A DNA stretch of 24,554 bases from a virus (lineage: Duplodnaviria > Caudoviricetes): positions 1 through 24,554 of the IMG/VR virus record IMGVR_UViG_3300017902_000260. One strand, written 5' to 3'. The translations under genes were made by a program, and so were the position numbers. The notes under the pieces are model-generated. The model was not told the DNA's origin and searched no databases. It saw only the letters and a program-made list of their open reading frames with translations. Numbering within the stretch: position 1 is the first letter of the stretch; the number at the start of each line of letters is the position of its first letter. This document shows positions 1 through 6,662 of this stretch, one piece after another.

Positions 1-38
1 ATATTGTCCAGAAGCAAACCGAATTAGGAGTCTACTAA
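1..38 (+). CDS. 3' end of an upstream gene (partial, ...IVQKQTELGVY*)
   Basis: Open frame ends in TAA (36-38), overlapping the next ATG (TAATG), as in translational coupling. Confidence 0.4.
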   Translation, partial: IVQKQTELGVY

Positions 39-157
39 TGTCTAGTAGATTTTGCCCAGTTTGCGAAGAAGATTTAGAACTACAACCAGAGGAGCGTGAT
101 GTAGGCATAGAAGGCCTATATTATTGTCCGGATTGTGAATACACAGAGGAGATATAA
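38..157 (+). CDS. 39-aa zinc-ribbon micro-protein (MSSRFCPVCEED...YYCPDCEYTEEI)
   Basis: Translated by hand, absent from the ORF track. AGGAG SD at 26-30, CPVC and CPDC pairs, stop 2 nt before the next ATG. Confidence 0.75.
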   Translation: MSSRFCPVCEEDLELQPEERDVGIEGLYYCPDCEYTEEI

Positions 158-159
158 AT

Positions 160-360
160 ATGAGTATTACATTTAGCAGAGAATCAATTCACGACGTTCA
201 GGACGTGATTGTTAAGCGTAGATCGGTAGAGGCCGTAGGCACTACTTGGGATACTTTCGACGTGGAAATAATAGACACTGACGGCAATAGAAAAGCTTTG
301 ATGCTGTTTGCCGCTGAAGGTAAAACCATGAGGTTTCAGAGGCAGGACGATGAAAGTTAG
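160..360 (+). CDS. hypothetical early protein, 66 aa
   Basis: GAGGAG SD upstream and tight packing with neighbours. Confidence 0.75.
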   Translation: MSITFSRESIHDVQDVIVKRRSVEAVGTTWDTFDVEIIDTDGNRKALMLFAAEGKTMRFQRQDDES

Positions 361-508
361 GTGTTCTAGCTGTAAATCAGAGGACTCTGTGGTATTCCTT
401 AGGGACTACACAGAGCCTCTATGCGCTAACTGTTACCTAGACTTGAAGGATGTAACCAGACAACGAAAAAACAGGAGAAAACGCAATGAGCGACGAATAC
501 AGCCATGA
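350..508 (+). CDS. 52-aa zinc-finger micro-protein with Arg/Lys-rich tail (MKVRCSSCK...LCANCY...RQRKNRRKRNERR)
   Basis: Translated by hand. CSSC and CANC pairs, GAGG/AGGA upstream, fills the gap between ORFs 160-360 and 486-734. Confidence 0.7.
   Translation: MKVRCSSCKSEDSVVFLRDYTEPLCANCYLDLKDVTRQRKNRRKRNERRIQP
379..420 (+). other. imperfect inverted repeat / long RNA hairpin
   Basis: AGAGG(A)CTCTGTG(G)TA..TCC pairs with GGA..TACACAGAGCCTCT. Confidence 0.55.
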
Positions 509-734
509 TGCGGACGTAACCGACGACGCTGGGGAGGACTTTGTAGAGAGAAAGATAAAGACTCAGGACTTGATTGAGTACCATATGAATATCATTAGGA
601 TGGTGGACTTGATAAGCTTGGCTAAGGATCAAATGGAGTCAGTCTATAACAATATGACCACCACGGAGCTAGACAAGGAACACAATTTAGTTTTTAATAG
701 GGATCTAATGGACTTACAAACGGAGATACACTAA
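486..734 (+). CDS. hypothetical acidic early protein, 82 aa
   Basis: AGGAG SD upstream; TAATG overlap with the next gene. Confidence 0.75.
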   Translation: MSDEYSHDADVTDDAGEDFVERKIKTQDLIEYHMNIIRMVDLISLAKDQMESVYNNMTTTELDKEHNLVFNRDLMDLQTEIH

Positions 735-916
735 TGAGATGCAAAGCATGTAACAAACTGCTAGAGGAAACGGAGCTATCTAGAAAGGATAAACTAACAG
801 GCCAGTTTCTAGACTTATGTAACACTTGTTACAAAGTTAGTAATGAAACTCTGATTGAGTATGATTCAGAGATACCTAACGAGGCAGATAGTATAAACTT
901 AGATGACTTTCTGTAA
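734..916 (+). CDS. 60-aa CxxC..CxxC zinc-finger protein with acidic tail
   Basis: MRCKAC...DLCNTC; GGAG SD upstream; last ORF before the noncoding gap. Confidence 0.8.
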   Translation: MRCKACNKLLEETELSRKDKLTGQFLDLCNTCYKVSNETLIEYDSEIPNEADSINLDDFL

Positions 917-975
917 CAATTTGTAACAATTTAGTTAGTTTCTGTCATAATTCTGTAACATTTATGCCTTATACT
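911..975 (+). promoter_or_regulatory. Pho-box-like activator site plus -10 element (candidate PhoB/OmpR-family-dependent promoter)
   Basis: CTGTCAT-AATT-CTGTAAC at 942-959, 10-bp spacer, TATACT at 970-975. Extra half-sites CTGTAAC (911) and TTGTAAC (921). Confidence 0.65.
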
Positions 976-976
976 A

Positions 977-1150
977 TTCTATAGTATACTAAAGATACTT
1001 AATATAACCATAATCATCATAATAAGTATTCTTTAGTATTCTATAGAAAGAGAGATAATAGGAGTTAGGGTTGATCTCCTAACAACTATAGGAGAAGGCA
1101 CTAGAAATAGTGTGTTCATTTGCGGAGGAAGACCGTTATCTCTCTTTTTA
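977..1150 (+). ncRNA. structured 5' leader or small RNA candidate upstream of ssb
   Basis: ~25-bp imperfect stem 977-1001/1023-1048; 12-bp perfect stem 1047-1058/1136-1147 enclosing short hairpins including GCACTA-GAAA-TAGTGT; ends in a T run. Confidence 0.5.
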
Positions 1151-1183
1151 AACTTAAAATGGTAACATATAGGAGAACCACAT

Positions 1184-1558
1184 ATGCCATTACTAGAAGG
1201 AACTGTAGCGTTTCAAAACCTACAGAAAACGGAAGTCTATCAGGGGCAGGACACTGGTAGATACACTTTAACCTTATCACTGGAGGAAGACATGGCAGAA
1301 AAGCTATCCTCCGAGGGTGTTAAAGTTAAAGACTACGAAGGGACTTCACAGCGAAAGTTTGCTAGCAAGTTTCCGGTTAGGATTGTTGACAACGAAGATG
1401 AACCATTTATGGGTAACATCCCAAAAGGTTCTAAGGTTAGAGTGCAGTACAAACTAGGAGACTCGCACCCTGTTCACGCCACACCAACGTACCTTAATGC
1501 GGTTAGGGTATTGGAGCTAGGCGAAGAATCCGGGGATGGAATTGAAGAAGGATTCTAA
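1184..1558 (+). CDS. ssb: single-stranded DNA-binding protein, T7 gp2.5-like
   Basis: Lies before the primase-helicase; GSKVRV and YLNAVRVLEL motifs; acidic tail ending in Phe (ESGDGIEEGF); AGGAG SD. Confidence 0.8.
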   Translation: MPLLEGTVAFQNLQKTEVYQGQDTGRYTLTLSLEEDMAEKLSSEGVKVKDYEGTSQRKFASKFPVRIVDNEDEPFMGNIPKGSKVRVQYKLGDSHPVHATPTYLNAVRVLELGEESGDGIEEGF

Positions 1559-3209
1559 GTTTGTCAGGCATGAACCATGCCCGTCCTGCGGATCTAGTGA
1601 CGCTCTGGCTCGTTATAGCAACGGGTCAGGGCATTGCTTCGCGGCAGGATGTACACACCATGAACCTAGCACCGAATTTGCCTCTTTTCGTAATAAAATA
1701 GAGCAGGAATCGGACAATGCGTGGGGTTATATGAAAAATGAAAAACTAACTACTGAGGACGAACTGGGAGTCATAGCAGCCATACCGGACAGAAGATTAT
1801 CAAAAGATACCTGCCGAAAGTTTGGTGTTACAGTCCAGTACGATGCCTCAGGGACGATAAATAATCACTTTTATCCGTACAAAGACCTTGACACTGGAGA
1901 AGTCAAGGGTCATAAGAAAAAAAGTGTTAAAAATAAGTCCTTTTCTTATTCAGGGTCCGCAGAAAACGTGGGTTTGTTTGGGCAGGACACTTGTAAAGGA
2001 TCAGGAAAGTTTATCACAGTCACAGAAGGAGAGTTAGACTGTCTAGCTGTCTCTGAGATGTTTGATAACAGGTGGGACGTAGTGAGCCTTAGGTCCGGAG
2101 CTGGTGGAGCAGTCAGGGAAGTCAAGGAACAACTAGAGTTTCTAGAGAACTACGACAACGTGGTGTTATGTTTCGACAGTGACAAAGCTGGTCAGACTGC
2201 GGTGGATTCCGTCAAGGACATATTTAGCCCTAACAAGCTAAAGATATGCAAGCTGCCCATGAAGGACGCTGGAGAAATGCTACAGGCCGGTAAGGTTAAG
2301 GACTTTACTAGCTCATGGTGGAACTCAAAATGCTATCAACCTGACGGTATCATTGCAGGTACTGACACATGGGAAGCCATTACAGGTAAGATGAAAGTTA
2401 AATCCATACCTTATCCGTGGCATGGGCTCAATGACTACACTAAAGGTTTCAGGCCTTATGAGTTAGTCACCATAACGTCAGGATCTGGTATGGGTAAGTC
2501 CCAGATAGTCAGGGAGCTGGAGTACTACCTTCTTAACGCTACGGACGACAACATAGGAGTCCTAGCACTGGAGGAGGACATCAGCAGGACTGCTCTGGGC
2601 ATTATGTCCATAGCTGCGGACTGTCCATTACATTTAGAGGAGGAAATTGATGAGGAGATGGTTAAACCTTACTGGCAAGCCACTATGGGAACTGGAAGAT
2701 ACTTCCTGTTTGACCATTGGGGATCAACGTCGGAGGATAACCTACTTTCCAGAGTCCGATTCATGGCTAAGGCTTTGGATTGCAAATGGATCATACTGGA
2801 CCACCTATCTATAGTTGTCAGTAGTCAGGAGTCGGACGATGAGCGCAGAGCCATTGACGCTATTATGACTAAACTTAGAACACTAGTTCAGGAGTTAGGT
2901 GTAGGTTTGTTTTTAGTTTCTCACTTAAAGAGGACACAAGGCAAACCACATGAGGACGGAGGAAGGATTAGTTTGAGTGAACTCCGGGGTTCTCAGGCTA
3001 TAGCCCAACTTTCCGACATGGTGATCGGCTTGGAGCGTAACCAGCAGGACGAAGACGAAGCAAACAGGAATACCACTACGGTAAGAATCCTGAAGAATCG
3101 TTATGCAGGTCTAACTGGTGCTGCCTGTTATCTGAAGTACGACAGGTTTACAGGCCGAATGTCGGAGGTTGGTCCTCCCTCCAATAACGACATGGAGACT
3201 CAGTTTTGA
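1536..3209 (+). CDS. bifunctional primase-helicase, T7 gp4-like
   Basis: Cys4 zinc finger (CPSC..CFAAGC), TOPRIM motifs (VTEGELD, FDSD), Walker A GSGMGKS, ILDHLSI, SHLKR, LRGSQAIAQLSD. Confidence 0.96.
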   Translation: MELKKDSKFVRHEPCPSCGSSDALARYSNGSGHCFAAGCTHHEPSTEFASFRNKIEQESDNAWGYMKNEKLTTEDELGVIAAIPDRRLSKDTCRKFGVTVQYDASGTINNHFYPYKDLDTGEVKGHKKKSVKNKSFSYSGSAENVGLFGQDTCKGSGKFITVTEGELDCLAVSEMFDNRWDVVSLRSGAGGAVREVKEQLEFLENYDNVVLCFDSDKAGQTAVDSVKDIFSPNKLKICKLPMKDAGEMLQAGKVKDFTSSWWNSKCYQPDGIIAGTDTWEAITGKMKVKSIPYPWHGLNDYTKGFRPYELVTITSGSGMGKSQIVRELEYYLLNATDDNIGVLALEEDISRTALGIMSIAADCPLHLEEEIDEEMVKPYWQATMGTGRYFLFDHWGSTSEDNLLSRVRFMAKALDCKWIILDHLSIVVSSQESDDERRAIDAIMTKLRTLVQELGVGLFLVSHLKRTQGKPHEDGGRISLSELRGSQAIAQLSDMVIGLERNQQDEDEANRNTTTVRILKNRYAGLTGAACYLKYDRFTGRMSEVGPPSNNDMETQF

Positions 3210-4921
3210 TTTATCTGGACATAGAAACTAACGGTTTAAATGCCAGTAAAATCTGGATGGCCGTAACAAGGCAGGACGGAGGTGTTTTAGTGCACTATAC
3301 TCCGGATACCCTTCAGGAAGTCCTACAAGGCTCAGAGAAGGTGATTGGGCATAACCTAATAGGATATGACCTCCCGGTCTTAGAATCGCTCTGGGGCGTT
3401 TCTGTGGCTCCTGAGAGGGTAGTTGACACTTTGGTACTTTCCAGACTAGCTAACCCACAGAGGGACAAGGGACATTCCCTGCGCTCTTGGGGAGAGAGAT
3501 TAGGATTTCCCAAAGGGGACTACAACGATTGGACACAGTGTTCTCAGGAGATGGTGGACTATTGTATTCAGGACACAGCGGTAACTGAGAGAGTGTATCT
3601 GGAAGTTTACGACGAACTACTAGGATTTTCTCAGGAATCCATAGACTTAGAACACAAAGTTCAATTTATTATACAAGAGCAGGTACGTAATGGATGGCTG
3701 TTGGACGAAGAGAAAGCCTACATGTTACTTGCGGAACTAAAGGAGAAAAAACTTGCGATTGAAGATGAAGTTCAAAAGACTTTTTTACCGTTACCAGTAT
3801 TTGTTAAGGAGGTGCAACCAAAGATTAAAAAGGACGGTTCTCTTTCAATAGTAGGACTCAAGTTTCTAGGAGATTCTTGGGACTCTGTTGAGGGACCGTT
3901 CAGCAGGATAGAGTTTCCTCCGTTTAACTTAGGGTCCAGACAGCAGATAGGTAGGTACTTACAGTACTTTGGGTGGAAGCCCTGTAGCTTCACTGAAACT
4001 GGTCAACCGATAGTTGACGAAGGAACTCTGTCAAAGATAAACGACATACCGGAGGCTAAATTAATTTCAGAGTACCTGATGGTACAGAAACGAACTGCAC
4101 AGGTTCAAAGCTGGATTGATGCAGTCTCACCAACTACAGGCAGGGTTCACGGTAAGGTTAACAGTAATGGAGCGGTAACGGGACGTATGACTCATAACAG
4201 TCCTAACCTAGCTCAAGTACCTGCGTCCTACAGTCCTTATGGTAAGGATTGCAGGGAGTGCTGGTCCGTCCGTGAAGGCTACAAACTAGTGGGTTTTGAT
4301 GCGAGTGGTCTTGAGTTACGCATGTTGGCTCACTACATGAATGACAAGGAATACATAAATGAAGTGGTCAATGGAGACATACATTCAACAAACCAAAGAC
4401 TTGCTGGCCTTGAATCACGAGATACAGCAAAAACTTTTATCTACGCCCTTCTATACGGGGCAGGAGATGCGAAGCTTGGATCAGTGGTTGGGGGCAACCA
4501 AAGGGCAGGTAAAAGCCTTAGAGAGCGTTTTAGCAGCAATCTCCGCTCATTTGGAGTACTTAGAGAAAGAATACAAAGCAAAATCTCTTATGGACCACAA
4601 ATGGTAACTGGATTGGACGGTAGGTTGGTACACGTTAGGTCACAGCACAGCGCATTAAATACCCTGCTGCAAAGTGCCGGGGCCATAGTTATGAAACAGG
4701 CTTTACTACTCTTGGACGACTACGCTAAACAGTGGAAACTGGACTATAGGTTCGTAGGTAACATCCATGACGAAGTACAGACGGAGGTGAAGACGGATCA
4801 AGCTGAGAAGTTTGGTAGGCTGGCGGTTAGCTGTATTGAGGCTGCTGGTAATCACTTTAAATTAAACTGTCCCTTAGCAGGGGAATACAAAGTAGGGAAC
4901 AACTGGTATGAAACACATTAG
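3206..4921 (+). CDS. polA: family A DNA polymerase with 3'-5' exonuclease, T7 gp5-like
   Basis: ExoI LDIET, ExoII HNLIGYD, ExoIII YCIQD; motif A DASGLELR, motif B RDTAKTFIYALLYG, motif C IHDE; TTG start overlaps the upstream TGA. Confidence 0.97.
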   Translation: MIYLDIETNGLNASKIWMAVTRQDGGVLVHYTPDTLQEVLQGSEKVIGHNLIGYDLPVLESLWGVSVAPERVVDTLVLSRLANPQRDKGHSLRSWGERLGFPKGDYNDWTQCSQEMVDYCIQDTAVTERVYLEVYDELLGFSQESIDLEHKVQFIIQEQVRNGWLLDEEKAYMLLAELKEKKLAIEDEVQKTFLPLPVFVKEVQPKIKKDGSLSIVGLKFLGDSWDSVEGPFSRIEFPPFNLGSRQQIGRYLQYFGWKPCSFTETGQPIVDEGTLSKINDIPEAKLISEYLMVQKRTAQVQSWIDAVSPTTGRVHGKVNSNGAVTGRMTHNSPNLAQVPASYSPYGKDCRECWSVREGYKLVGFDASGLELRMLAHYMNDKEYINEVVNGDIHSTNQRLAGLESRDTAKTFIYALLYGAGDAKLGSVVGGNQRAGKSLRERFSSNLRSFGVLRERIQSKISYGPQMVTGLDGRLVHVRSQHSALNTLLQSAGAIVMKQALLLLDDYAKQWKLDYRFVGNIHDEVQTEVKTDQAEKFGRLAVSCIEAAGNHFKLNCPLAGEYKVGNNWYETH

Positions 4922-5780
4922 TACACTAGTTCCGGACATATATAAATTAGTTAAGACTAAACGTGTTGACAGTGAAGTGGACGCTGAAGCGGAGATAGAA
5001 CGCTTTGGTGAAGCCATGAAGGACTTGATGCGTAAGGAGTTCGTAAACAAAGGTTTTGACGCTCGAAAGCTACGCTTGTCCAACATAGGTAGGGACGACC
5101 GATACCTGTGGAACCATTTCCGGGGAGTAGCCAAGGAAGCTATAGAACCGCATACGTTGGTTAAGTTTCTGTACGGTCACTTAATAGAGGAGATGTTGTT
5201 GTTCCTGACTAGGATGGCAGGACACACAGTTACCGACGAACAAAAGGAATGTGAGGTTGAAGGAATCAAGGGTCACATGGACTGTAAGATTGACGGAATA
5301 GTAACTGACGTTAAGTCAACTAGCTCCTACGGTTTTAAGAAGTTCAAGGACGGATCACTGGCCTTTGACGATCCCTTTGGTTACATAGACCAGATAAAGG
5401 CATACGCCTACTCTGAGAATGAAACCAAGTTTGGTTGGCTTGCCATGGACAAACAGAACGGACATTTGACTTTTCTCCAGTACGACTTGGAGGACACTCA
5501 GGCTCCTGTTTATGAAGTCTTGAAGGAGGACATAGCTGAGAGGATACGGCACGTAAAAAAGCTGGTAGGGGTAGAAGAGCGGCCTTTACCCTGTTACGAG
5601 CCATTGCCAGATGGAAAGAGTGGGAACCTGAAACTCGCCGTAGGCTGCTCTTACTGTCAGTTCAAAAGATCATGCTATCCGGACTTGCGAGTATTCGCTT
5701 ACTCTACAGGTCCACGTTTTTTAATAGAGGTAAAAAATGAACCGAAAGTTCCTGAGATCAAAGAAAAAAGTTCCGTTTAA
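4908..5780 (+). CDS. PD-(D/E)XK nuclease, Cas4/RecB-like exonuclease
   Basis: GHMDCKIDG..DVKS core, YIDQIKAY motif, C-terminal CSYCQFKRSC. Confidence 0.8.
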   Translation: MKHISTLVPDIYKLVKTKRVDSEVDAEAEIERFGEAMKDLMRKEFVNKGFDARKLRLSNIGRDDRYLWNHFRGVAKEAIEPHTLVKFLYGHLIEEMLLFLTRMAGHTVTDEQKECEVEGIKGHMDCKIDGIVTDVKSTSSYGFKKFKDGSLAFDDPFGYIDQIKAYAYSENETKFGWLAMDKQNGHLTFLQYDLEDTQAPVYEVLKEDIAERIRHVKKLVGVEERPLPCYEPLPDGKSGNLKLAVGCSYCQFKRSCYPDLRVFAYSTGPRFLIEVKNEPKVPEIKEKSSV

Positions 5781-6144
5781 GGAGATGTTTAGATCCGGAC
5801 TTGAAAAGACGTTTGCCACTCTTTATCCAAAGAAGGATTTTGTTTACGAACCTTATGACGTTCCGTACATAACCAAAAGGACTTATAAGCCTGACTTCGT
5901 ACACAAGCCAACTGGCAAAATGATTGAGTGCAAAGGTTATTTTAGACAGGGGGACACACTAAAGTACAAAGCAATTAGGGACTGTTGCGACGACGAATTA
6001 ATATTTGTTTTGTCGGACCCCTTTAAAAAAGTACGAAAAGGTGCTAAAATAACTATGTCTCAATGGTGCGACAAGGAAGGGTTTAAATACTTCACAGTAC
6101 AACAAAAAGATGAGCTAATGGATTATGTCACTAACAATGAATGA
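5737..6144 (+). CDS. Holliday junction endonuclease I, T7 gp3-like
   Basis: FRSGLE, YKPDF, IECKGYF and WCDKEGF motifs. Confidence 0.9.
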   Translation: MNRKFLRSKKKVPFKEMFRSGLEKTFATLYPKKDFVYEPYDVPYITKRTYKPDFVHKPTGKMIECKGYFRQGDTLKYKAIRDCCDDELIFVLSDPFKKVRKGAKITMSQWCDKEGFKYFTVQQKDELMDYVTNNE

Positions 6145-6322
6145 AATTAAGGAGAAACTACTTGAGCGGTATGAAGTGGACGACTTGGTGGAAGCTTTGG
6201 CAGTAACCAGTGAAGAACTTTTAGATCGCTTTGAGGACAAACTAATTAACAGGTTGGACGGATTTGAGGAAGACCTAAAGGAAGAAACAACAGAGGAGAC
6301 TTATGTAGATGAGCAGCATTGA
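6125..6322 (+). CDS. hypothetical acidic protein, 65 aa
   Basis: Overlaps both neighbours in the operon. Confidence 0.7.
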   Translation: MSLTMNEIKEKLLERYEVDDLVEALAVTSEELLDRFEDKLINRLDGFEEDLKEETTEETYVDEQH

Positions 6323-6662
6323 CGACGCAACACCACAGGAATGGGACAGAATTAACAAAAACAGGATAGGGGAAAAGTTAGGCGAGAAATACGCAGAAAT
6401 TATTAACATGGCACATGCACCGACTAAAAACTTTGATCCAGTACATAAACCTATCCATTATAACAATGGGGACATAGAAGCCATAGCGTACATTAGGCAG
6501 CAGCTAGGGCATGAGTTTCAAGCTTACTGTTACGGAGCAGTCTTGAAGTACATGCACAGGTTTAAGTACAAGGACGGACTACAGGACTTAAAGAAGGCCA
6601 AGTGGTACTTGAAGGAAATGATTAAGGACTTAGAACAGCAGGAGAATGAAGAGGATGATTGA
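6309..6662 (+). CDS. DUF3310-family protein (T7 gp1.7 nucleotide kinase / SaV-like)
   Basis: DPVHKPIHYN..IEAI..LKYMHRFKYKDGLQDLKKAKWYL signature. Confidence 0.85.
   Translation: MSSIDDATPQEWDRINKNRIGEKLGEKYAEIINMAHAPTKNFDPVHKPIHYNNGDIEAIAYIRQQLGHEFQAYCYGAVLKYMHRFKYKDGLQDLKKAKWYLKEMIKDLEQQENEEDD

Noticed and set aside
818-833. Palindrome TGTAAC-ACTT-GTTACA resembling an NtcA-type GTA-N8-TAC site
   Set aside because: It encodes the constrained C-N-T-C-Y zinc-finger residues and has no suitably spaced -10.
5755-5780. AAAAAAG in the exonuclease/endonuclease overlap as a frameshift site
   Set aside because: The endonuclease is in the +1 frame, the heptamer is not phased for -1 slippage, and the endonuclease has its own GAGGT SD and ATG.
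4908-5780. CRISPR-Cas association of the Cas4-like gene
   Set aside because: No repeat-spacer array or other cas gene in the window.
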